Below, one piece after another: positions 40,120-54,105 of a stretch of DNA of 64,000 bases. The first letter of the stretch is position 1, and every line of letters begins with the position of its first letter. The DNA lies in assembly GCA_951406725.2 (NCBI GenBank), contig OX597814.1, forward strand, positions 211,668,001-211,732,000, read 5' to 3'. The translations under genes and the position numbers were made by a program. The notes under the pieces were generated by a model. The model saw only the letters and a list, made by a program, of their open reading frames with translations, was not told the origin of the DNA and searched no databases. This stretch comes from Octopus vulgaris. Lineage: Eukaryota.

Positions 40120-40389
40120 AAACACTGTCGGTTACGACGACAAGCGTTCAAGTGGATCCGATCAACAGAAGTCATTCTTCGTGAAATCAACGTGCAAGTG
40201 GCTGAGCACTAGAGAGACATGCATACTCTTAACCTAGTGTGTCAGAGAAAATCAGCATGACATTGTTGAGTGGTCTGGAGAAACGTGAAATAAAGTGTCT
40301 TGCTCAAAGGCACAATGTGTATCCGGGAATCGAAATGATGACCTTTGGATTGCGCACAGAATACACTGCTCTTTAAACCACGCGCCTTC
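40120..40389 (-). mobile_element. tRNA-SINE (family E), diverged
   Basis: Minus-strand head GAAGGCGCGTGG...TTCGATTCCCGG followed by CTTTGAGCAAGACACTTTATTTCAC. Confidence 0.65.
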
Positions 40390-43199
40390 ACACACACACA
40401 CACACACACACATGCACACACATATACACACACACATAAAAAAACTCACTCTCACACACACGCACGCACCCCCTTCCTTTCTTTGAACCATACTGTCTAA
40501 ACTCACTACCTAACTTCATCTGACACTAACCCGCATGGATTCCAACACCTACACACCTCCCACTTTCAACTGCCCCGGTCCACCTCCACACCGGCACACT
40601 GCCTACCACAGTCGACTCACCACCGTACAAGCACCCATACACACTGTTGAATTCATTGCTCACTTCACGTACCATTACACACACACTCACAGCTACAAAC
40701 ACCTTCCCAATCCACACACATTACTACTGAACAGTTCTCAGTACCCACACGACACACACATAACCACACACATTTTCAATAGCGCCGCCACACCTTCTAC
40801 TATACGAGTAGCCACATACATTTTTTACTCAGTTTAGACACCACAAACTATGAAGCACACACCTACACCCACGCAAGCACATAATATCTGAACACAGACA
40901 ATATATACGCCCACAAACAACACTCATAAACACACGGAACTCGCATAAACAAAGATAACTTTCGCCGATAAACATACGCTAGATACATGAACACTATTTT
41001 GTCACAGACACACGCACACACGCACGTTAGCTACACACATACACACATACACACCTTAGCCTTAAACATAGACACATGTCAGTCACACACACACACACGT
41101 TAGCCCCACACATATACACATGTCCATACGCATGCTCACACTTATGCACACGTGCACACACACACACTCGCCAGCACATACGTATTCACTCGCGCCCATT
41201 CACAAATAGGCACTCACACTCACCAATCTCAAATACACACACACAGGCTTGCTCACCTTAGTTTGTTGTGGTCACCGTTATCCTTATTAAAATAATTACC
41301 TTCGGCCTTTTTTCCAGCCAATTCGCCATGTTGGCCCATTGCATTTTACCCAATTTTTTCACTCTCCGTATTTTTCATTATCCCTCTATTTTTTCTTCAT
41401 AATCCTTTCTATCGAAAAGCGTAGGCTCGAAGCGTAAAAGACTTTTTCATTTGTCCCGAGACTTAAACTAATACGCCTGGCTGTTGTTTCTATATTAGTC
41501 TTAATCTTTCGCTTTCTGTAAAATTGAACTATATATATAGTCAAATCGAACATTAACAGTTGAACATTAATAATTAAACATTAAAACTAAGAAATGATAA
41601 ATCAAAAATACGATGTACGTATGGAATTTATGAGCTTGCTGCTCAGTAAAAGTAGAAAACAATGTGTTTTTTTTTTTTTTGTTTTGAGTATAGTTCTTTG
41701 TCAGAAAGAGAAAAGCAATGTCCAGAGAAAGAAAATCCGGGAAGGTGGTTCTGTGATTATATACTCAAATTTTTGATATTCATGGGAGAAGTGCATACCT
41801 GACTTGTAGACAATGTAGTCAGTCCTATACTAAGAACCTCTAAAAATATGGAACGTTAACGGTTAGAAAATCGTCGGTAATAGATTGAGTTCTTTCATAC
41901 TTGATTTGCAGCTCAGCAACGAATCATTAAGCGACATGTTAATACGAAATGTTCCTAATGTGTATTTTCCATAACAAATAATAATGACCTATTATATTCA
42001 ATTGACGCTTCATCTCTACGTGTGTTATATTTAGGTTGTGATTACTGTTAAAGGAGCAGCGTGTTGAACCATGTAGAAATAAACTGAATTTGAAACGTCC
42101 AATTTATCTATTTAGTGTTGAAGGAGAAATTGATTATAGTTGTTCATAATGTATAACATTCTATAATTTGTTCTATATTTGTTATTCTCCGTAGTTACCT
42201 TAATAATAATTATTATCTTTGCAGACAACATTTATTATTATTATATTATTGTTGTCATTGGAGCATCTATTTTATTTAATTGAATCATACTGCGTCCAAA
42301 TAGAGACGATACCGAAATAATTTGGATTACACCGAATACAAATCAACACTAAAATGTACAAAATTAAGAATTGTTCGTTTAGTTGTTTTATTGCAGATTT
42401 GTTCTTTACGCATTTTATCTGAACATTTAAAATCAAATAATTGGACATAAATTCTCTAATTGTTTGAGATCTTCTATTCTTAAGCGATCTAAAATCTGTG
42501 AAATTAAACTCAATTTTGTTTTTATTTTAATTTTTATATGATAAAAATAAACATAAAGCATGGTTAATAATATACGTTTTTCTTGTTTCACAATTAAATG
42601 TCACACGATTTTGAATTGCTTAACAAATGTCGAGGCATGATTTCGCACACACTCGCATAGACACGCATGCGCGTACAGGCACACACACATATACAGTCAT
42701 ACACACACACAATTTCAGCTTTGTATGCATTCACATACTAGTTCCATGGGGACCAGACTAAACCATAAGTAATACTTGAAAAAAAAAAAGAATGCCAGAA
42801 GCTAATATGATTCTTATAAATAGTAGGTTATATGGAATAGCAAAAAAGAAATTGTTTTGCATATGTGTGTGTGTGCTGTGTGTGTGTGTGTGTCTGTGTT
42901 TGTGTTTGTGTCTGTGTTTGTGTGCGTGCGTGTTTTAAATTTTCATTCACGACAGTGACGATCAAATGAAATTACTTCAGCCATAATGTCATATTATTTC
43001 TTTATAGATTTAAATAAACACATTACATTACATGTGCAGGAACGACAACGTTAACATAAATTTTATATATAACAATGAAGTTGTCAAAAGAACTAATTGT
43101 TTTACTTTACGTATTATTTATAGAGCAGTAAGGTCACGCACAGAACATTAGTTGTCACAGAGTAAACACGATATGTGATCATTATGCTACTGATGTAAT

Positions 43200-43760
43200 G
43201 TCATATGTCATAAGGTCATTTAAGACGGATATAATGTTACTTTTAAAACAATGCGTCGAGAATTTAAGAACGACTGGTTCTACGCAGAGGCATTTCATTT
43301 ATAAAAAGATGTGAAGCGGTAATGTGTTAATGAACTGAGAATGTATAAAAGATAGATCAACAACAATATTTAACATTCTGAAACAGTTTATAGATTCTAA
43401 TATGTAGAAACTATATTGTTCATGATTCTACACATCCAGACAAGCATAAACAAAGGACATTGTGTTAAAATATTGCTCCATATGTAGAGGAATTTATTTT
43501 ATCACGAGACTAGGCAATTCAGAAATAATGCTAAAGACTTTGTTTTCGTGAGTAGTAAAGATAATTTCACAAGTTTAGCGGACAGCTGCCTATACACTAA
43601 CAATAAGTATAAAAACGTTTCCACTTGTAAATTGAATACTCATGAATGTGAATTTATTTCAAAATGTCATTCTTGCATGAAACGTTTATACCTCAAAATT
43701 TTGTCTGTCAAGAATAATTCTATGAAGTGTCAAATATTTCATGATAGTCATAATATATAA
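43200..43760 (+). pseudogene. Possible PLE C-terminal relic
   Basis: CL...KLNTHECEFISKCH resembles the PLE terminal LNKRSE.ISKCRH motif. Confidence 0.35.
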
Positions 43761-44562
43761 TATAACTACTTGACCATGAGCTACAACTTCATTTCGTAAT
43801 CAGTATACAGAAAGCAATATACAGTAGCTTTGATTGCACAAGGGAGAATCAAGGCAATGATCAACATGAATCGGAAACATGAGATGTTTGTAATCCCAAA
43901 GGATGGTCTGTATTAAGTTCCATGTCATTGTTTCTATATCAAAGGGAGATGGCAGAGTTTACATTATACATAGTTTTGAAACGGCGTATACGTCACTTTG
44001 GAGAATATATCAAAAACACATTACTGAATTTCTTGTCATTGTCATCGTTATCGCCGTCATCGTTGTCACAGTTGTCATCATCATTATCATCACGTTTATC
44101 ATCATAATCATCATAGACACCATGTTCACTGTCTTCATCATCACCATCATCATCATGGTTATAGCAACTGTTTTATCTTTCTGACATGAATTAGAAATCT
44201 ACATATCGGCACTCATCTCTGTTAGGTGCTATCTCCAATGCATACGTCAAATAAACTTATCTGATATCCCTATTTCTACCTTTATTCATTTATTTGTAAC
44301 ATAAGAAAATTTATCTAATACCGACAGGAAAATATTGCAATCAGTAACAACTATCTATTCAAAAAACATCGTGGTATGAGCATGGCTTACTCTGCTAAAT
44401 GTATAAACTTTGCATAGGTATCCATTCACATTAGGTAAATAATATTGCGTTCTAAACCGTTTAAGACAACTTTTTAATTAATTCTCATTTATATATATAT
44501 ATCTTTAAGTAGGTGAATGAATTATCCTAGCATGGAAAGTTCGTCTTGTGGCTGAAAGAGGC

Positions 44563-44659
44563 TCCTTATCTTTCCTGATGAGAAGATGGCATAATGCACC
44601 CTTTATTCCTTCGGAATTAAAAGTATGCCGTCTTCGAAACATGTGCCGAGAGTAAAGGA
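44563..44659 (+). ncRNA. Type I hammerhead ribozyme motif with a long stem II; cleavage triplet reads GCC
   Basis: CTGATGA at 44575-44581; 12-bp stem II GAAGATGGCATA/TATGCCGTCTTC; GAAAC at 44636-44640; stem I CTTTC/GAGAG extended by TCCTT/AAGGA. Confidence 0.7.
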
Positions 44660-44699
44660 AATTTGTTAAAATCTTCGTTCGACTCCATTCTTTCATTTA

Positions 44700-44739
<40 letters not shown>

Positions 44740-44746
44740 CAAAATG

Positions 44747-44802
<56 letters not shown>

Positions 44803-45575
44803 CAATTGTCTGCATTATTGAAAAGCCCCAGGCTGGACAAAAGGCGTCTACCTTTCTTATGAGCCACTATTGTGACAATTGGCGATGTCATTGGATTCGA
44901 TTCGCTATATATTGTTTGTTTTTTACACGAAATAACAATGAAGAGATCTTCCCTCAAGTAAAATGCGCTTCAGTATTGCTTTCCTTTGGCGGGTTATACA
45001 CATGGCTCTTTCAATGTAGTGTTTCTTCTCTTACATTCACTGAGTATCGTAGATCTGGCAACCATTCAGAAGTATTGGCGAATGTATTATTCAGTTTTTC
45101 CTCTATATCGAGGTAGGAATTTCGTTTACGCATGGTGAAAATGGGTAAATATTATTGTCAAGCGCCACCAAGTGTGGATAACCTACCTCACGGTCTCTTA
45201 AAACACTGTTGCAAGGAGTTGCTTACGCTTCCATACACATATATTTTTTTAGCCTGTCTTTATAAAGAGATATTGTGTCAGATAAAAGCCACAGCAGCAG
45301 GCCTTTCCGCAGCTTACATATATTGAGCATGATACAGAGAGGCTTAATTGAACATTATTCTGACTCAATCGCATTCACCGATCATATGTATGTAAATATT
45401 TTTGTTTATACCTTTGTGTGTGTGTGTACAAAACATAATAAAGGAGAATTATAGTCATCAATTAAACGTCACTAATGATGTCGAGAGATACTTAGTCACG
45501 TATATCTATATCTATCTATCTATCTATCTATCTAACTCGCTAACTCGCTATATATATATACATATATATATACAT

Positions 45576-45625
<50 letters not shown>

Positions 45626-45950
45626 TTAAGAATATATCTATATTATCAAATCTAACTTTAAATGTCAATCTCATTTTAATTCATATCATGTTAAAATTTA
45701 TGTCAGAGTTTCCAGTAAAATGAATTCACTGTGTAATTTGATTAATACACTTACCATGAAAATCTGTAAGAAGTACGTATGTTTTTTATCTTCTATATTT
45801 CAATTTCCTTGCCTTTTGAATCAAATTGGATACTCTAGGCTGCTGGTATATTGTATGCACGTGACACGCGATAATTCGAAATTATGCGATTTTCAATATA
45901 CTTTACCTCTTTCTTTTGTTAGTATAAATGCAACCATTTCCCCGCTATAA

Positions 45951-47087
45951 ATCAGGTGAGCAAAAATTATTAAACGTTTTGAACCATGAATAATTTGTAC
46001 CGAACTGTCAAAGTGCGATATTCGATTAATTTTGCTATTGAACTTTAAAAAAGGACATAAAGCATCTGAAACTGCTCGCGATATCAACGAAACATTTGGT
46101 GAAGAATTTATCAGTGAGTGGTCAGCTAGAAAATGATTTAAAAGATTTCGCTGACGAGACCAAGGCTTTGAAGATTGTCAGCGTAGTGAACGCCCATCTG
46201 TCATCGATGACGGTCATTTAAAGGCCGTTATTGAGAAACCACTCAAGAACTGGCAAAATAACTGGTAAAAGTCAGCCAGAAATCTGCCTGCAATCATTTG
46301 CATGCGATCAAAAAATTAAAAAATCTTCCACAAATGGGTACCAAGGGAATTGAATGAAAATCAGAAAATAGGCAGATATGAAATTTGCTTATCGTTTCTT
46401 CTCCGTAACCAGATTGATCCCTTTCTCGACCGTATTGTAGCTTTCAATGAAAAGTGGATTCTCTACAATGATAAAAAAACATTCTTCGCAGTGGTTGGAA
46501 CAAAATGAAGGACCGAAAGCTTTCCCTATACCCGAGCTCTTCAAGAAGGATGTTATGGTCACTGTTTGGTGACGTACTGCTGCACTCACGCACTATAACT
46601 TCTTAAAACCTGTAAAAACCATTACTGCAAATACATATTGCCCTGAAATTGCCAAAATGAACGAAAAACTGCAATCTCTCCGTCCTAAACTGTTCAACAA
46701 AAGAAGTTCAATTATTCCTCATGACAATACCAGACCGCACGTTTCTCTACTGACGTTCTAGAAGTTGAAGGGAACTTGGCTGCGCTGTCCTTTTCCTTCT
46801 AACGTATTCCCCTGACCTTTTTCCTAACGACTACCACTTTTTTCAAGCACCTTAAAGGTTTCCTGCGAGAGAAGGAGTTCAAATATCAAGTCGATGCTGA
46901 AAGTGCATTCAAAGAGTTCATCAGTTCCAAAACTCCTGATTTTTATGTTACCGGAATAAACAAACTTGTAACTCGTTGGCAAAAGATGGGTTGATTGTAA
47001 TGGTATTTACTTTGATGAATAACATTTCCAATATAGTATGATTAATTTCATGTTTCAAAACGTTGCTTAATTTTTATTGAACCTGAT
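45951..47087 (+). mobile_element. Mariner (DD34D-type) transposon with pseudogenised transposase
   Basis: TIRs ATCAGGTGAGCAAAAATTATTAAACGTTTTGAACCATGAA and TTCATGTTTCAAAACGTTGCTTAATTTTTATTGAACCTGAT; motifs KWVPREL, EKWILYN, HDNTRPH and YSPDLFPNDYH. Confidence 0.9.
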
Positions 47088-47916
47088 TTTTCTGCCTGGT
47101 AGAATATAAATTTACTTAGATTGTCTCTTAGTTCAGTTAGTTTGAACATTAAATTATTTTATAGATGTGTAGACTGTGTTTGTGGAGGAATGTAGTCAAT
47201 CCACGCTTTAAGATGCATTCTTGATGCGATGGTAATATATGTACTGAATCTAATCATGTGTCTGCTCGATTAGATCTGACCCTATGTTAAACAGTAATAA
47301 CGTCTATATCCACTTTTCGAAATAAACAACCAGTGTCAGTTCATTTCACGTATCTTCCTAATAGTCTGGATAAATATTTGAAACCCACATGAATAATACA
47401 TTTTCCATATATTTTTCGCATAATTATAAGGTTATGGAAAAATTCAATGTAATTGATGTAAGATACATTAACATTAAATGAGTAGCAGAAATGGAAAGTT
47501 GCACGAAAAACAATACTATGATTGAATTTAGTTTGAATAGAAATAAAATACGTTGTAATTCCCTTGTAAAATTGAATGAATAAAAGACATAAACAGATTT
47601 CGTGAAATTATATTTCTGGTACATACTAATCATTTTCATTTTTATGACTGGTGGCTAAGTTTCCTTTCACTCTATTATAATTTATAGAAATTTAATATAT
47701 ATATATCCATTTATCGGACATTCTTCTCATATGCAGACACGTCCCAATATATATATATATATGTGTGTGTGTGTGCATGTGTGTGTGTGTGTGGGTGTGT
47801 GTACCTACAATAAAATATCAATATATAGATTTGAATATACACAAATAGAAATGTATATAGTCCTATGCCAATATGTTATATATATGTGTGTGTATTTGTC
47901 GTTCGTGTATGTAGAA

Positions 47917-47965
<49 letters not shown>

Positions 47966-48704
47966 TGTATGTTTGTGTGTATGTATATGTATGTATCTAT
48001 ATATGAATATATATATATATATATATATAACGGGGAGCTTTATGAAAATAAACAGAATACAAAGGCAGGTGGAGTACAAACAAACAATTGTATTAGTATA
48101 TATATATATATATATATGCATATATCTGAGTGCATTTTAGGGTGTGTATGTTTGCGTGCGTCTAGGTGTGTGCTTTCTTCTGTGTGTATATTTTGTGTGT
48201 GCGCGTATATGTGCTGCATGAAAGAATTTGCAGGCAGCCGGTTTCATCGATATAACAAAACGGCAAATGTGTCTATGATGTTCATTTCTGATGATGGCTG
48301 TTTAAAATTTTGTGTAGTAGTGAGACAAACTCATGGTAAGCATGTTGTGATACTGATATTCTTTGAAAACCTGGCAGAAGAGCGTCAGATATAGTTGTGC
48401 ACTTCATGAATAAAGATCGGTCTGACAATTTCCAGATGTATTACTACGTTCACCTCTCACACATGACGTACATAGATCATAAACACAAACATTTCCGATA
48501 TTGTATCGTAGTTGGAAATATGCCGGGCTGTCTAATATTGTTTTGACCTTATCCAAATAGAAAGAACTGACCTTTTTAGAGGCAAATGTATCCATAAATA
48601 CATACATTCTTACATACAAACACATGAAAATACATACATGTACATATATATATAAATAGATATGTATATATGAATGTATGCGTGCATATATGTATATATT
48701 TATG

Positions 48705-49902
48705 TCTCTTTACGTACTTGTTTCAGTCATTTGACTGCGGCCATACTGGAGTACCGCCTTTAGTCGAGCAAATCAACCCCACGAAGAATTATTCTTTGTA
48801 AGCCTAGTACTTATTCTATCGGTCTCTTTTGCCGCTCAGCTAAGTTAAGGGTTTGTAAACACACCACCATCGGTTGTCATGTGATGTTGGGGGGGGACAA
48901 ACACAGACATACAAACATATACATACACATACAAATATATATATATATATATATATATACACGACGGGCTTCTTTCAGTTTCCGTCTACTAAATCTACTC
49001 ACAAAGCTTTAGTCGGCCCGAATCTATAGTAGAAGACACTTGCCCAAGTTGCCACGTAGTGGGAATGAAGCCAGAATCATTAGCTACTTTATTTCAAAAA
49101 TTTTGCCATAAAGTCATGATACAGATTAGCTTGCGGGCTGGACAAAAACATTGCTGAGGTGAATGATGAAAATGATGATATTAATGGGAGAAGACAAAAA
49201 CGCCCGCTGATTTTTGCTTCTCTAATATATTATTCTCTTCTTTTTTCACAGTAAAAGACAAAACGAGGTAATGAACATCTTACTTCAGTTTTACAATTTG
49301 TGGACTAATAGTCCGTTTAAGAATTGGGGCGTTAAGCCTCTTAAACACAATAACATGCAATAAACATTAAACATTTTACAATAAACATTATAAAACTGAG
49401 GCTTTTCAACTTATTGTCACTATTCCTCCCCAACATCACTTGTGTGTGTATACTCAACCATCTCCTACGCCTCACAATGACAAAAAATTTTCACTTAATG
49501 TGAACACTTGAAATACGGCTTTCCAATAAGAGGTAAATGTTGCTGTAAAAACAAACACTATTAAAACGTGAACAACCTTTGGTTGAAGGATACGCCCCAA
49601 ACTGTACTTCTCACTGTGAGAAAAAAAATCCACTTAATGTGAACAGTATTGCTGAACCACACGCCGACCAACATCCTGAATCCAGTGAAGACTCCTTGTT
49701 TGTAAAAAAATATAACTACAAACAACAACCCCCACTGGACCCAAAAGACAAAAGTCTTACCTTGCAGCAGCTACTTTTGGCAGGCTAAACACCGCCGGCT
49801 ATCTTCCTCAGTGCACAGCACAATGACACATGCTTACACTGACAATAGAGACTCGCGGGAAGTAGGTAAGCAAGCTACTTACCACACAGCCACTCCAGCG
49901 CC
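48705..49902 (-). mobile_element. SINE family A, split by a 0.78-kb insertion at the same site as the 16937 copy
   Basis: Body runs to ...AGCTACTT (49089); the head resumes GGTAAGCAAGCTACTTACCACACAGCCACTCC at 49865. Confidence 0.88.
49090..49864 (-). mobile_element. Non-coding relative of the SINE-targeting retroelement
   Basis: The first ~230 bp (TATTTCAAAA..TTTGCCATAAAG...TTGCGGGCTGGAC...GGGAGAAGAC...CAAAACGAGGTA) align with 17335-17570, and the junction is identical. Confidence 0.82.
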
Positions 49903-49944
49903 TATACATATATATATATATATATATATAGACAATTTTTGTTT

Positions 49945-50230
49945 CAGAATGAGATAAAAAATACAAGTCTGTGAAGGATTTTAGAACATTTATACATAGG
50001 TCTTACAGCTGTTTCCAGGCTATTTATTATATCCCTTTATCAGAGACGGTGTAAAAAAATGTTTAAGCAACAGTTAATTTAGATAAGTTGCGAAACAGAG
50101 TGCAGTGAAGGAATGAAAATAGATGTGAGATATGCAGGAATATTGCATTTGTAGATCCATTATTTAGGTAGAATGGTATACATATAAAATTCCAATACCT
50201 TCTGAGTAAAATCCAATAGAGTTTGTACAC
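49945..50230 (-). mobile_element. PLE-type terminal repeat with a hammerhead motif (50000-50047)
   Basis: Homologous to 59285-59580; minus strand reads GTCT-CTGATAA-stem-GAAAC-AGCT-GTA-AGAC. Confidence 0.7.
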
Positions 50231-50414
50231 AGTGCTATTGAATCAAGTGTTTTAAATATATGCATATATAAGTATATATGCATAGAAAGTTAGAGACAGG
50301 AGAGAGTGATAAATGTAGACATTTACATGTATACACAAACGCACCCATACACATATGTATACAAATATATGTGTATATACATATGTGTATATGTGTGTAT
50401 ATATATGTATATAA

Positions 50415-50545
<131 letters not shown>

Positions 50546-51231
50546 TGTATATTTAAACACATAAGAGATGGCCATAACAGGACATCTGACTCGCTAGAAA
50601 GAGTAGTTAAACTACAAACCACTAATAGCTGTAATTCTGAAAGGGAATGAAAATAAAAACATTTACCCTATTTTTCCTGGACTATGCATAGTTTCAGGCA
50701 ATCTTTTGTAAATAAAATAATTTACAATGGGCGTTGCACTCTTCAGCAGGAAGCCAAGGCTAGCATGTAGATACGAGGCGATAAAGAACACAATTAAGTA
50801 ACGAGAAGATGGATTTGGTATCAAACGACATGCTGTAGAATGTTCGTTTCAGCCAATACCATTCTTGTCCTGTATGTGCGAGACTCAGTTGAACATATCG
50901 TGTTTTATCGATTTTGCAGCCATGGACTCATCAGGTGCATCGATAACTAAAGGTCTTCAGTGTCGGCTGCCAATTTGTTATATGCCCATCTAGTTAGGGA
51001 ATAAGTAAAATGCAAACAAGACTGTAGAAACGCTAAAATTCAAAATATGGACGTGAAAATCTTGCGTTCCTGTTCAGGTAAACTGACCTAATCAGCTTTC
51101 GCATTCATTAACTTCCTAGCGGAAAAGGAAAATAGAAGAAAAGAAAGGAGAAAGAAAAAATAGGAATAACAAGAAAACGATTGCTTATATATACAGATGC
51201 ACCCTCACAGATAATTAAATATATATATATA

Positions 51232-51750
51232 TACATACATACATACATACATACATACATACATACAAACATACATACATACATACATACATACATACAT
51301 ACATACATACATACATACATAAATACATAATGGTTGTCCCCTCGTTATCGACTATGGCCATTGCACGAAGCTTAACTGTTACTGGTGCTATGATTGAATG
51401 TGACTTTTTAGCCCAGCTAAAGATCTACAATGTCTTGAACAGAATTGGCAGCTAAAACCGTTACCGGTAATAGCCGGCTGTAGTTGTAACTGGGCTTCAT
51501 GTACCTTTGCATGTCGTTTAAGTCCTCCTGCCGAATTACACTCTCTTCCACATGCCCGACAGATATGATTAGTATGGTGTGTTACATCACCACCAGTGGC
51601 CAGGTTGTCACTCACCTGTCTCTCTTTATGTCTACGAAGATGACTCTTGAGTCCAGCTTTACTGAGTCAGGGTCTTGCAGGGTCTTGGAAATCACAATTG
51701 TTCTGGCTGATGAAATAGTCACCTCAATGGAGTTTTAACTCTGGTTAGAA
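51232..51750 (-). mobile_element. RTE-like LINE 3' end with tandem C2H2 fingers and a (TATG)n tail
   Basis: LSKAGLKSHLRRH, CRACGRECNSAGGLKRHAKVH and CQFCSRHCRSLAGLKSH, then a short UTR and a tetranucleotide tail. Confidence 0.65.
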
Positions 51751-52571
51751 GGTTAGAATGTTGTTAGATAAAATTCTTTCTCTGTGTGTATTCTTTATTT
51801 TCGCTTCGAAATATCTTTGCATGTATCAATATCTACTTCGGAAACAAATTTCGAAATTCGATATTTTGAATATTCACCTCTCTTCGTCATTCTCAACATG
51901 TGTTACAATTCAACTTTTCTCACTGCTTCATAAGCGGTTAAGAATTTCTATATCAAACTTGAAATCTCGTTTTGCCTGAAATATTACTGTCAGATACAAT
52001 ATTTTCTCCGAAAATTGTAAGGCGGTCTTAGGAGTAATTACAAAACTATAAAGAAACCATAGCTACATCATTATTACTCTCCTCCTATCTTTCAACTTAT
52101 GTATCTATATCTGCATACTTTTCTCTAAACCTCTATAAATATTTTTTATTCTTCTTCTATATCTCTTTATGTTTACTGGTATCGCATTCACTATTTGTCG
52201 GTCTATATTTCTTGCTCTCTTGTTTCCTTTTTCTTCGAGTTCTCGTGATCGGTATCTGTCTATCGCGCTTTTGACAGGGAAACATAAAATTAAATTGAAT
52301 TACAAAGATAGATGCTTGAAACTTTTCAAAGAAACTGTGATTTATACATGCTCAGTACGATGGCATATAAAACATGCATCATTAGAAGGATGCTTATTTT
52401 AATGACTCTAAAAATGCTGGTACACACGAAAAGAAAACGAAGTTATACCGTTAAATACGTATGCGTGTGTGTTCGTGTATATTTACATCAATCCATACAC
52501 ACACACACATATATATATATATACATACATATAAATATTTATGTGGTTGTGTGTGTGGTTGTATATATGTA

Positions 52572-52604
<33 letters not shown>

Positions 52605-53894
52605 ATATATATGTATATATATATATATATGCATATACTAACATACACGTATACATATATATATGATATACGTGTTTATGCGGGTAAATATATTGAACAC
52701 AGGCACAAACATTCATAAACATACATGCGTAAACACACATAATGTGTAGCTTAATAAATGTGTGTAATTTCGTAGAAGTGTGTATGTATTACCTGGTGCT
52801 TTTTAAAAATAATTTTCTACACTTTTACTGTTTCAATACCGTATTTCTAGAAAAGTCATTGTTTTGGGATATAGGTCCCCATAAAAACGGGCAAAATATA
52901 TGTAGTCTAAAGGCAAAAGAGCAAATCAAAATGATGAACAACAGTTGTTTGGAGGTTAAGTAAAATAAATATCCGTATCTTTGTAAACTCCGGAACACTC
53001 TTGTCAGAAATATCCACTTTGTTAAACTTATTATTTTAGGGATGGAAACTAAATTTAATGGTTATTCCATTCTCAAGTTATTATAGGTTGTTGTAATTGA
53101 AATGATATACATTTTAGAGTCTTGTGACTTGCTCTTCGTTTTACGTCATTTATTTTCAATGGTATTATAAAAATCGGATCGTTCAAAGTATTAAATAGTC
53201 AAAGGATTGAGAAGTATATGCTATCATTTTCATGACTTGTATGCTCTAATGAAGCAGAACATTGCACAGCCAGCTCTACTGCTGATACAATTTGCAAAAG
53301 ATACTATTGTCATCCAAAAGACTTTTCTAGATATTTCAAATCGAATCGACTAATCCATAAAATGCACAATGTTGTTTGAACTATTATCGTGCGAAACATA
53401 GCTACGATTTTGACCTGTAGTACATAAAAAAAAGCAATATCCATGAGCGCCAAAACTACCGAAAACAGCGAAAAACAAGTTCTACAGGAATTACTACAAC
53501 ATCGGAAAGATAAATGAAAGCAACAACAGAAGAAATAGACACAATGCCACATCGTCAACAACAATACTCATTACTAGCGATAACATTGTGACACCGGTTG
53601 TCGCTTGAGTTGCAAGAAACTAGAGCTACATTTTTCGTTATGTACACAGGGCATTCATTAGAATGGCGTGTTCGTGAACTTATAATCGTGATAAAAGTAG
53701 TTGAGATGTACCAGATGTTCGGGCAACAGAACCACATACATATAACCATTCCAAAATTCACCAATATCTGCCATCCAGATTAAAGTTACAGTCTCCTCCT
53801 TATCTTCTTCAAAGAAAGAAGAGAGCGGCAAAATAAACATATTCATGAATACAAAAAAATAACCAACAACCAAAACATCAGGATTAATGATTCA

Positions 53895-54105
53895 TTCTAC
53901 TAGAGGCACAAAGCCTGAAAGTTTGTGGGGAAGCGGCTACTAGGTTACAGCGACAACAGGCTTTACTGCTATTTTTTCTATCGACTCCGAAAGGATGAAT
54001 GGGGCAAAGTTGAGCTCGGTGGAATTTGGACTCAGAGCATAAAGACGGACGTAGTGCCGCTAAGTATTTTGCTCGGCATGCTAAAGAGTTTGCCTGTTCA
54101 TCATC
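53895..54105 (-). mobile_element. SINE family B, diverged
   Basis: ATCGACTCCGAAAGGATGAA...GGCAAAGTTGAGCTCGGTGGAATTTG. Confidence 0.7.

Noticed and set aside
41405-41445. CTATCGAAAAGCGTAGGCTCGAAGCGTAAAAG, a possible decayed hammerhead
   Set aside because: Both core boxes are mutated; not supportable from a single copy.
50895-50940. Minus-strand CTGATGAGTCC...AAAACACGATA resembling a hammerhead
   Set aside because: Stem II and the GAAA and NUH elements do not form convincingly.
53200-53790. Faint GIY-YIG-like peptide MYTGHSLEWRVRE
   Set aside because: Too degraded to call a PLE relic with confidence.
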